Shown: positions 1 through 7,362 of the stretch, piece by piece
How the letters are laid out: every line of letters starts with the position of its first letter
How positions within the stretch are numbered: the stretch's first letter is position 1
Assembly (NCBI RefSeq): GCF_000406145.1
Contig: NZ_CM001976.1
Coordinates: forward strand, 837,260-869,259
Direction of reading: 5' to 3'
Length of the DNA: 32,000 nucleotides
Source: Dickeya dadantii NCPPB 898
GTDB taxonomy: Bacteria > Pseudomonadota > Gammaproteobacteria > Enterobacterales > Enterobacteriaceae
Translations under genes and position numbers: made by a program
The notes under the pieces: generated by a model
The model's input: only the letters and a program-made list of their open reading frames with translations
What the model was told of the DNA's origin: nothing
The model's database searches: none

Positions 1-138
1 CTTGGGGTGTGGTTGACAACATAGGGCGCTACCTCGTTAATGTCCGTCCGGCTCTGGCCGGATGGCGCTGGATTTCTCTGGTAGCTCGCTATTATGTGAA
101 TATTTTCAGGGGTGGCAACAAAGGGAAAAACAGGAAAA

Positions 139-407
139 GGTGAACAAAAAACAGTCGGAGATTGCCACCAATTCCGATGATTACTGAATATTGCCCAATG
201 TTTGCCAATATTCCTTATTCGATAAAAATCAAATTATTGGTGGCTATTTATATGGCCTGAATTGATAGTAAAAAACATCTGAAAACCGCTCGCCAGAAAA
301 AAGCGCCAACAATTCAGGTGAACAGTGTGAACACCGGGTGATGAGTGTTATATCCACTCTTCATCCCTTTGTCTGTTGATTTATCTGATTTTTCTATCAG
401 GTGAAGA
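139..407 (+). repeat. Cluster of GGTGAACA octamers (reverse complement TGTTCACC), resembling P4 alpha-protein iterons
   Basis: Perfect GGTGAACA occurs at 139-146 and 317-324. There are 7/8 copies at 326-333 (TGTGAACA) and 400-407 (GGTGAAGA). All are in the same orientation. As I recall it, TGTTCACC is the type I iteron of P4 ori/crr. Confidence 0.4.
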
Positions 408-473
408 GTGGTTAACAGTTTTATAAAAGTGTGGCGGTTGATAGAGGGAGGCAACCTGTCATAAACCCGGTCT

Positions 474-491
474 TGTGTGGGAATGGGCACA
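474..491 (+). promoter_or_regulatory. TGT-N12-ACA dyad, Ogr/Delta-type activator site of P2/P4 late promoters
   Basis: TGT (474-476) + 12 nt + ACA (489-491), about 75-90 nt upstream of the ATG at 566. This motif class is centred near -55 in P2 late promoters and in P4 Psid. Confidence 0.35.
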
Positions 492-565
492 ATCGGCCCA
501 GATAGCGGCGTTGTGTGGTGAATTGCACCATAGCAGCCAGATGATAACCCATACAGAGAACGACC

Positions 566-1330
566 ATGAGCCAGACAACGCCACAAAGCAATAATCCGGT
601 TGATATCCCGGATGTTCTGAAAAAAATGACTGACACTTACCTGAAGAAGCGAGAAGCACACCTCGCTAACGCCAGTGAACTGGATAACATCACGACGGCG
701 ATGATGCGAGCCAACGCGCAGCAGGCCGCTACCAAAGCAGAAAATCAGCTTTCTGATACCGAATGGCGCACCCGTTTTCTTAAAGCGCGTGGGGAAATGA
801 CGGAGGAACTGAAGGCCCAGCAGTTAAAGCGTCTGGCACAGCGTGAACTGGCGCACGAGTATGATGGGTTGCTGGCGCAGTTGGAAATCGACCAGCTCCG
901 GCAGCAGGCAACGTGCCATGCATCGGCCAAAGCGTGCTGTCATGCACATGCCAGCGCGCTGCGTGATTACGCCGAGTGGGAATTAAGCCAGGCGTTAGAC
1001 CGTATTAGTACAGCGCTGATTCGGGCTATCACGTTAAAGCGGCACATGCTGAGTATCACCACGTCTGAATTTACCGAAGGACTTTCCTATCAAAAACCCG
1101 ATAAGGTGGTCATGGAACAGGTGGTCAACTGCCTGATAGCCAAGTCGAATAACTATCGCTTTGAAATGGACAACGAGCCAGTCTTGTCCGTGCTGGGGCT
1201 TGATTCACCTTCGTTGCCACATGCAGATTTTCCCCCCGTGGCAAATCCGATCGGCCGAATGAATTTTTTCCGCGACTTAAAAGAAAAAGAGGCTGCGTTA
1301 ACAACGCGCGGGCGCAATATGGTGGATTGA
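566..1330 (+). CDS. Hypothetical protein with a helical Q/A/L/E-rich N-terminal half, in the late-gene position of the satellite (possibly Sid/Psu-like, unverified)
   Basis: A 254-aa ORF with an ATG start, followed by a clean rho-independent terminator. It lies downstream of the TGT-N12-ACA motif. I recognise no catalytic motif. Confidence 0.6.
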   Translation: MSQTTPQSNNPVDIPDVLKKMTDTYLKKREAHLANASELDNITTAMMRANAQQAATKAENQLSDTEWRTRFLKARGEMTEELKAQQLKRLAQRELAHEYDGLLAQLEIDQLRQQATCHASAKACCHAHASALRDYAEWELSQALDRISTALIRAITLKRHMLSITTSEFTEGLSYQKPDKVVMEQVVNCLIAKSNNYRFEMDNEPVLSVLGLDSPSLPHADFPPVANPIGRMNFFRDLKEKEAALTTRGRNMVD

Positions 1331-1377
1331 ATTAATTAGCCGAATTATCATTTCATTAATTTTAATATCAGCATATC

Positions 1378-1403
1378 GCCCGCCATCGCGCGGGCTTTTT
1401 TTT
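1378..1403 (+). terminator. Rho-independent terminator
   Basis: Stem GCCCGC (1378-1383) pairs with GCGGGC (1390-1395), followed by a T8 run at 1396-1403. Confidence 0.65.
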
Positions 1404-1560
1404 GAGGTTTTTCTCTGGCTAGCGATTTTTTGATCGTGCATGTGTACAGTGCATGAATTTGCATGTGGAACTTACCTCTCAATTTGCCCTGTCGCGCCAG
1501 TGCTGGTGTGGCCTGAGCTTCTCCATGCAACTGCATGAAAACCGCTACATGAAGCGGGTA

Positions 1561-1576
1561 GGCGTGGCGGGGGCAC
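1561..1576. other. cos-like motif (P2/186/P4 cohesive-end type)
   Basis: GGCGTGGCGGGGGCAC. The first 12 nt equal my recollection of the phage 186 cos end (GGCGTGGCGGGGAAAGCAT; P2/P4 is GGCGAGGCGGGGAAAGCAC). The AAA is missing here. Its position between the late gene and the hotspot/int fits P4 prophage order. Confidence 0.4.
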
Positions 1577-1604
1577 AATTGCGCGCTACCCTCCATGATT
1601 ATTT

Positions 1605-4046
1605 TTAACCCCGAGAATTATCGATAGCGCGTTTGACATTTTCAAAAGAAGGATCACCCATTTTTAGGGCTTCGTTCATGTCAAAATAGTTAGGTTTGTT
1701 TATGATTTTATTCCAAGTAGTGGATAAATAAATTTTAAAAGCATTGGCACGATTGTATCGATCTTCAATGTTAAATGATTCACATGATGTACGCATGCTA
1801 TTAACTATTTCAGGGTTAAATATAGGTGTATCGAAGAGCATTGCGTCAAGATAAGCGAAATCACTAATCCAACGTTTTAGATGATATTGTCCTATTGATG
1901 TTGTTCTAAATTTAGTTGGCATATCACCAATTAAGCCTGTTTCATCTTCTTCAAATGTGAAGCGTTGAGAGGTTTCAATGAGTTTTTTGTTTGTTGATTT
2001 TCTTAATGCATTTTCTGTTTGCTTAGGTATGAAACCTAAATTTTGCATTTCTTCAATTATTTTTCTTGTCTCGCAGAATCCATCTCGATCCTGTATTTCA
2101 CTTTTTTCAGATAAAAAAGATACGATCAATGGCACTAAAAAATGTTCTGACTCATCAGCAATAGAAATATCAAACATGTTCATCGCTAGAGAGGTATTGG
2201 GGTCGAAATGTGAAAAATCTCCTAACAATGCCTGTTTTGAGAATTCGTGTACTGGTATTTGATATCGTCCTTCCTTCTCATATGTGTGAATTATTTTTTC
2301 TGCTTCTACATTGGGGCTTCCAATAAATCCAGTAATGAAGCTTAACGCTTGCCGTACATTACCTCCTGTTATGTTTTCGATGAACTCACCAAGTGCTTTG
2401 TTTTTTCTTAACGAATCAAGAAGTACTTTTATAAATATTGAAAGATTATCTATATGTATTCTGACGAATTCAGCTTGTTCTAAAGGTATTTTACCTTCAG
2501 ACATTTCTAGAGCGAATTGAAGACGTTTATCAAGAACTTGGTCTATTCTTGGTGGGGATATAGTAAATACCTTGTGTGGATATGCAGTTAATGCACCAGA
2601 GGATTTTGATTTAAAAAAAGTTTGCGGCCGAACAGATATAAACACTAATGAATTCCATTCTTTTGCTAACTCTTGAGAGATGACGAATGCTCTTTGCTGG
2701 GTGTCAAAGTCACGTTGATCTGCATTATCTAAACAGATAATGATCTGTCTTTTATTTTGTTTTGATATATGACCTATTGAATTTTTTAGATGTTCATCCT
2801 TGTTGTTGATTTTGTTTTCGAGCATTTCAGTTTGTTTTTCTTCATATTTCTCTCTGTTTTTTTCTCGTAATCCTCCCCATATACCCGTTGAGAATCTCTG
2901 AATTTCTCTTGAATATACACCTTTGACAAATTTAATTTCTGTAATGTCAGTTTTATATTTTTCTAATAACTGGTTTTCAATCTCGTTGAGAATGAATATT
3001 TTAAGATTTTCAGCTAAAGTTGCGTTTGCCCCTAAATCAATATATAAATATATTGCTTCATTGAATTCTTTATATGCACTTGAATAAATCAGGTTTTTTA
3101 CGAAGGATGTTTTACCAACGCCAACGTCGCCTATCAAAACAATGGGGCGTTTTGATAACGCTTCAGCCATTATGCTTGGATCAAGTCCCTGTTCTTTACG
3201 ATCTGGTTTTACTGATGTGATTTGAGGTGATGATTCGCTATCGCTAAATAAAGCTGCATACCGTGCTTGCAGCATTTCTTTACTTAATAATGCATACTTA
3301 GAAAGTGCACCACTTTCGCAATAACACTTTTGATAGAACACATCTTCAATCTCTTTACTTTCAAGTACATCTTGGATTATTAATTCGGATATTTGACGAA
3401 GAGAGGTTTGTAAGTCGCTTGCATATCTAACTTTTGGATATGTGGCTAGATACGATGATAATTTATTCGGAATTCCTCTTGTATCAGATGTGAGATATTT
3501 CATTAATTTCTGTTCTTTTATCCCATAATATGAAATCATATTCCATACGAGAGTAAAATTAATCAGCATGCTTTCTAAACTTTCAAAGACTAAGGCTTTT
3601 CCTTCTAGGGGGGAACAACCATTTTGATTGCTTGCAATGAATGAAATATACTGATGTCCGTTGGTAGCTATAGCAATTGGAGTGCCTCTGGATGAACAAT
3701 AATTTTGAACCTGCCGTATTGCATCGCCTAAGTCTTCATTTGATTTTAATAAGGTTGAAATGTCTATTGTGTTTTTTGTTGACAGTCCAGCAGGTATTTC
3801 AAATGCCCTGCCTTCTCTCTTTGCCTCAACAATAACCTGCCTCGGATTTCCTAATTCATAATCTGTAAATGTTTTTTCCTCATAGCTTTCTACTTCAACT
3901 TGATCCTCTGGCCATGCGAGTACATTGGTTATTATCTTATTTATAATATGGTGCCTCGTTTGAGCTTCATTTCTAATTTTATCACTATCATTATAGACAG
4001 CGACCAGTTCTTTCAATGCACTCTCACATTCAGCCATATTATTCAT
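1605..4046 (-). CDS. PD-(D/E)xK (HsdR-N/Mrr-like) nuclease domain fused to a P-loop NTPase; candidate single-gene antiphage protein
   Basis: An 813-aa ORF with AGGA 7 nt upstream of the ATG. The N-terminus reads NEAQTRHHI...DYELG...VIVEAKREG...ATNGHQY, an HsdR N-terminal-like nuclease pattern. The middle has Walker A LIGDVGVGKTSF and Walker B-like IIICLDNADQ. It is AT-rich (a sampled line is about 33% GC) compared with its neighbours. Confidence 0.85.
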   Translation of the reverse strand: MNNMAECESALKELVAVYNDSDKIRNEAQTRHHIINKIITNVLAWPEDQVEVESYEEKTFTDYELGNPRQVIVEAKREGRAFEIPAGLSTKNTIDISTLLKSNEDLGDAIRQVQNYCSSRGTPIAIATNGHQYISFIASNQNGCSPLEGKALVFESLESMLINFTLVWNMISYYGIKEQKLMKYLTSDTRGIPNKLSSYLATYPKVRYASDLQTSLRQISELIIQDVLESKEIEDVFYQKCYCESGALSKYALLSKEMLQARYAALFSDSESSPQITSVKPDRKEQGLDPSIMAEALSKRPIVLIGDVGVGKTSFVKNLIYSSAYKEFNEAIYLYIDLGANATLAENLKIFILNEIENQLLEKYKTDITEIKFVKGVYSREIQRFSTGIWGGLREKNREKYEEKQTEMLENKINNKDEHLKNSIGHISKQNKRQIIICLDNADQRDFDTQQRAFVISQELAKEWNSLVFISVRPQTFFKSKSSGALTAYPHKVFTISPPRIDQVLDKRLQFALEMSEGKIPLEQAEFVRIHIDNLSIFIKVLLDSLRKNKALGEFIENITGGNVRQALSFITGFIGSPNVEAEKIIHTYEKEGRYQIPVHEFSKQALLGDFSHFDPNTSLAMNMFDISIADESEHFLVPLIVSFLSEKSEIQDRDGFCETRKIIEEMQNLGFIPKQTENALRKSTNKKLIETSQRFTFEEDETGLIGDMPTKFRTTSIGQYHLKRWISDFAYLDAMLFDTPIFNPEIVNSMRTSCESFNIEDRYNRANAFKIYLSTTWNKIINKPNYFDMNEALKMGDPSFENVKRAIDNSRG

Positions 4047-4071
4047 TTTTAAATCCTATGTTTATGAGAAA

Positions 4072-5271
4072 TCATTTATTTTGGCGATTATCAACAAAAA
4101 ATCCCCACCATTCCATCAGTTCTATACGCTGTTCAAAGTAAGTAGAGCGGTTATAAGCTCGTCTAACCTCATTCTTATCACAATGCGCTAACGCCGCTTC
4201 AATCACATCAGGATTAAAACCGGTTTCATTCATGGCGGTGCTGGCTATTGAGCGTAAACCATGAGCAACCAGTTTTCCACCGTAGCCGATGCGTTTTAGT
4301 GCTGCGTTGGCGGTCTGGCTGTTCATCGGCTTTTTAGGATCGTTACGGCTGGGGAAAACATACTCCCGGTTGCCGCTTATAGGGCGCATGATGTCGAGCA
4401 GTTCCAGCGCCTGTTCGCTGAGCGGCACAATATGATCGCGCTTGGCTTTCATTCTTTCAGCCGGAATGCTCCACGTTTTTTTCTCGATATCGATCTCAGC
4501 CCATGCTGTGGCGGAGGCTTCAGCCGGGCGGATAAGTGTCAATAATTGCCATTCCAGCAAGCAGCGGGTAGGAATGGAGAGGTTAGACATCGCAATGGTG
4601 CGCATCAGCGCGGGTAGCTCTTCTGGCCGAATGGTCGGCATATGCTGTTTTTTGGGGCGTTCAAAGGCCATACCAATGCCGGAGGCGGGGTTAGCATCAA
4701 TCAGCCCGGTGTTAACCGCGTAAACCATAATTTCGTTGATGCGTTGTACTAACCGCCTGACGGTTTCCAGTGCGCCACGGGCTTTAATCGGCTCCAGCGC
4801 CTGTATCAGTGTGCGGGCTTTGATTTGTTGCACGGGGATATTTTCAATCGCCGGGAGCACGTCTTTTTCCAGTGACCGCCAAATGTCTTTGGCGTGATCC
4901 GCACTGACTTTGGTCTGCTTCAACGTGAACCAATTACGTGCCACATTGATGAAGATGCTTTCTACCGCTATTTGCGCTTCTTCGACTTCCTTAGCCACTT
5001 TTTCCTGTGGGTCTATTCCTTTGGCTAACAAGGACAGTTTTTCGTCTCTCATGGCGCGGGCATCGGCTAATGACAATGCCGGGTAAGCGCCAAAACCAAT
5101 CATGGTACGTTGGCCTGTGGTTGGTTTCTGGTAACGGAACCGCCACAGTTTTTTCCCGGTGATTTTGACTAAGAGAAATAACCCGTTGCCGTCATGCAGC
5201 GTCAGGTCTTTGTCTGCCGCTTTGGCTTTTTGCACTTCGGTATGGGTGAGGGGGCGGGTTGTCCGTGCCAT
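4072..5271 (-). CDS. int: P4-type (CP4-57/IntA-like) tyrosine integrase
   Basis: The N-terminus MARTTRPLTHTEVQKAKAADKDLTLHDGNGLFLLVKITGKKLWRFRYQKP is typical of P4-family integrases. The C-terminal catalytic region reads HGLRS...LAHCDKNEVRRAYNRS. The start was chosen at ATG 5271 (AAGGA upstream), not at the ORF-track start 5400. It lies next to the tmRNA 3' repeat on the same strand. Confidence 0.9.
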   Translation of the reverse strand: MARTTRPLTHTEVQKAKAADKDLTLHDGNGLFLLVKITGKKLWRFRYQKPTTGQRTMIGFGAYPALSLADARAMRDEKLSLLAKGIDPQEKVAKEVEEAQIAVESIFINVARNWFTLKQTKVSADHAKDIWRSLEKDVLPAIENIPVQQIKARTLIQALEPIKARGALETVRRLVQRINEIMVYAVNTGLIDANPASGIGMAFERPKKQHMPTIRPEELPALMRTIAMSNLSIPTRCLLEWQLLTLIRPAEASATAWAEIDIEKKTWSIPAERMKAKRDHIVPLSEQALELLDIMRPISGNREYVFPSRNDPKKPMNSQTANAALKRIGYGGKLVAHGLRSIASTAMNETGFNPDVIEAALAHCDKNEVRRAYNRSTYFEQRIELMEWWGFFVDNRQNK

Positions 5272-5385
5272 TGGGAGATATCCTTGATGATTGGTATACG
5301 CCTTTTGGTATATATCGTACCGTATACCAATACGTATACCAATAATCAGCGGATTTAGCCGGATATCGTCGGACAATGACGGAAA

Positions 5386-5420
5386 CAAAAAAGCCCGCAA
5401 ACCTAGGTGGGATGCGGGCT
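5386..5420 (-). terminator. Rho-independent terminator downstream of the tmRNA 3' fragment
   Basis: An 8-bp stem: AGCCCGCA (5392-5399) pairs with TGCGGGCT (5413-5420). On the minus strand it is followed by a T-run (plus-strand AAAAAA, 5386-5391). Confidence 0.6.
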
Positions 5421-5455
5421 TTAAGGACTTTCCCGGACGTATCCGGATATGTAAG

Positions 5456-5488
5456 TGGTGGAGCTGGCGGGAGTTGAATCCGCGTCCG
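5456..5488 (-). other. ssrA (tmRNA) 3'-terminal 33-nt fragment; attachment-site repeat between two islands
   Basis: The reverse complement reads CGGACGCGGATTCAACTCCCGCCAGCTCCACCA. That is one mismatch from my recollection of the E. coli ssrA 3' end (CGGACGCGGGTTCAACTCCCGCCAGCTCCACCA). The tmRNA body is absent to the right. Confidence 0.8.
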
Positions 5489-5494
5489 CATTTG

Positions 5495-5510
5495 ATTCAA
5501 CTAGTTGAAT
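5495..5510. repeat. Perfect 16-bp palindrome ATTCAACTAGTTGAAT at the ICE end
   Basis: ATTCAACT (5495-5502) plus AGTTGAAT (5503-5510). The same octamer AGTTGAAT also occurs inside the tmRNA T-arm copy at 5472-5479. Confidence 0.7.
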
Positions 5511-5541
5511 TATAAGATTTATTTTTATTAAGGTTCGAGCT

Positions 5542-5561
5542 CGTGCATTTTACGTGCATTT
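5542..5561 (+). repeat. Tandem CGTGCATTT repeats, candidate arm-type integrase sites
   Basis: CGTGCATTT occurs at 5542-5550 and 5553-5561, an 11-bp periodicity. The repeats lie between the att core and the 3' end of the ICE integrase gene. Confidence 0.3.
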
Positions 5562-5629
5562 CCCGGTTTTGCCGGTGCTGTCGGGACGCATTGGGTGAGG
5601 ATGAAAAACGAGGCTGGGGGACGCGATGT

Positions 5630-6805
5630 TCATTGTATGTTGAATTCGCGCCCCGCATTCCCGTCATAATCGGACAGGTAAGAACCGTAGTGACGAAAGA
5701 GCATTTCGGGTCCTTTGTGGCCCATTTGTGCGGCTAGCCAGAACAGGTTGGCACCTCGGCTGATGTGCCGGGTGGCAAAGGTGTGGCGGGTCTGATAGGG
5801 ATTGCGGTAGCGTATTCCGGCTTTTTGGAGCGTGGGAACCCAGGCTTTCTTCCTGATGGCATCTGCGCCTGCCCACGGTGCGCCGGTTTTCGGATCGTCA
5901 AACACGAATTTGCTACGCATAAGCGTGAACGGTTTTTGCTCCTCAAGAGCGGTTAACGCTTCCGTGTCCAGATCGACACTACGGCGGCCAGCCTTGGTTT
6001 TGGTTTCTTTGATAACGCCAACAACGCGGGCAGATTTGACGTTAACGCGTTTTCCGGTGAAATCAATATCTTCCCAGCGTAGCGCACAGAGTTCAGAGCT
6101 GCGCATACCGGTATGAAAGGCAAATCGAAACAGGTTTTCCCACTGCTTGTTGCCTGCGGCGATATAGATGGCCGTTGCTTCTGCTGGGGAAAACGGGTCG
6201 ACCTCATAATGACGGCCGCTATTCAACGGCCTGCTTGTCTGGTATCTGGCCGCGCTGACCAATTTTACCGGGTTAACCTCGATCAGCCCATCTGTGACGG
6301 CTTCATCAAGCGCACTACGCAGAAATGAGAGGCGATTCCTGGTGGTTTTCAGGGTTGTTTTTTGCTGACTGATCCAGTTTTTGAGGATTGCTGGGGTCAG
6401 GCTTGTTACTGGCAGCTTATGCAGTGCAGACAGCACTGAACGGCACTTTTTATACCCCACAAGGGTGGACGGTGAAAGATTCCGGTTTTTACAGATCGTC
6501 AGATACTCATCCAGATAGTCAATAACAGCCCGGCGACGGGTGATGGAGCCAAAAATCTTTAGCTTTCTGGAGTGAGGGAAATAATCGATGTAAGCAAAGC
6601 TCTCAGCCGCGATTTTATTCTGGATCTCGCCCAGTAGTCGTTCGGCATATTTGATGGTTTTCGTGTTCACGTCCATCAATGACAAGGGCTCCCGGCACAG
6701 CAGCCCTTTATAGGTAAAGGTCATCACCAGTGTGGAGCCGGTTTTGTGCTGGCGAAGGGTTATACCTCTGGGAAGTGATAGGGATCTCTGTTCTTTCTGG
6801 CCCAT
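5630..6805 (-). CDS. int: Tyrosine integrase, lambda-like, with an N-terminal arm-binding-type domain
   Basis: A 391-aa ORF with GGAGG 7 nt upstream of the ATG. The C-terminal part contains HTGMRSSEL...YQTRHTFAT...MGHKGPEMLFRHYGSY (R..H-R-Y catalytic pattern). It is transcribed toward the att junction, as lambda int is. Confidence 0.9.
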   Translation of the reverse strand: MGQKEQRSLSLPRGITLRQHKTGSTLVMTFTYKGLLCREPLSLMDVNTKTIKYAERLLGEIQNKIAAESFAYIDYFPHSRKLKIFGSITRRRAVIDYLDEYLTICKNRNLSPSTLVGYKKCRSVLSALHKLPVTSLTPAILKNWISQQKTTLKTTRNRLSFLRSALDEAVTDGLIEVNPVKLVSAARYQTSRPLNSGRHYEVDPFSPAEATAIYIAAGNKQWENLFRFAFHTGMRSSELCALRWEDIDFTGKRVNVKSARVVGVIKETKTKAGRRSVDLDTEALTALEEQKPFTLMRSKFVFDDPKTGAPWAGADAIRKKAWVPTLQKAGIRYRNPYQTRHTFATRHISRGANLFWLAAQMGHKGPEMLFRHYGSYLSDYDGNAGREFNIQ

Positions 6806-6969
6806 TTGGCAACCTCCGTTAAGTCTATCCAGCGTTCTTTCACTCCATCAACTTTTAATACCTGGACGCCTTCAATCCATACTCCCCTTTGTATCCGTTT
6901 GTTAATGGCATCCAGCGATTCACCGGACTCCCGGCAGTAGGCTGAAATGGGTATGCAATCCAGGTTCAT
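6760..6969 (-). CDS. xis: Excisionase-like small DNA-binding protein (putative Xis)
   Basis: A 69-aa reading from ATG 6969 (GGAGG 6 nt upstream): MNLDCIPISAYCRESGESLDAINKRIQRGVWIEG... Its 3' end overlaps the int start by 46 nt, as in lambda xis-int. The longer ORF-track start at 7104 lacks a Shine-Dalgarno (SD) site. Confidence 0.55.
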   Translation of the reverse strand: MNLDCIPISAYCRESGESLDAINKRIQRGVWIEGVQVLKVDGVKERWIDLTEVAKWARKNRDPYHFPEV

Positions 6970-7362
6970 CGATCGCCTCCGGTTGGTGCATTTGCGCTTG
7001 CCTGACGAGTCATACGTTTGGGCCCGCGGCAAGTCTTCACGGCTGCCATTCGTCATCCTTTCCTGCTCGTCTTCGAATAAGGCGACCGCAGAGGGGATCA
7101 TCATGCAAAAAAGCGCAGTTGAACAAAACCGGTCAGGGCGTATACCAGCGTAAGGAGGATAGGTAACGGTGAAGACGGAATGTCAGGGGGAGAATGAAGG
7201 CGGCCTTGCTGTCTCGCCCATCGTACCACGGCGTTCTCGCCGTCAAGGGCGGCGCGCGCGTTGCGCGCTGGCGGCAAAGCCGTCTGCGACCCTGTGACGG
7301 CGTGCGCTGCGCCGTGCTGCGTCGGCTCCGGGCAATGTCGCCCGAGCAACCGGAGTATTGTC

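Larger units (their letters stand above)
1..5488. mobile_element. P4-like phage satellite / integrative island, integrase-proximal part (continues left of window)
   Basis: A P4-type integrase lies next to a tmRNA 3'-end repeat. There is also a cos-like motif, a TGT-N12-ACA motif upstream of a late-type gene, and TGTTCACC-type octamers. See the individual features. Confidence 0.6.

Noticed and set aside
314-661. Minus-strand ORFs 314-661, 421-636 and 459-659
   Set aside because: They overlap each other and the start of the 566-1330 gene, lie in the regulatory region containing the iteron and TGT-N12-ACA motifs, and have implausible composition.
1348-1596. 82-aa minus-strand ORF between the late gene and the 813-aa gene
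   Set aside because: It spans the terminator and the cos-like motif, has no ribosome-binding site and no recognisable features. The region is better explained as a non-coding cos/packaging region.
5272-5400. N-terminal 43-aa extension of the P4-type integrase ORF (track start 5400)
   Set aside because: P4-family integrases begin near MARTTRPLT, and ATG 5271 has an AAGGA ribosome-binding site. The extension would run into the terminator hairpin at 5392-5420.
5456-5900. A complete tmRNA (ssrA) gene
   Set aside because: Only the 3' 33 nt match. The sequence to the right does not continue as tmRNA: there is no pseudoknot or tag region, and no GGGGCTGATTCTGGATTCGAC-type 5' end in reverse complement. 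It is instead the ICE end plus the integrase gene.
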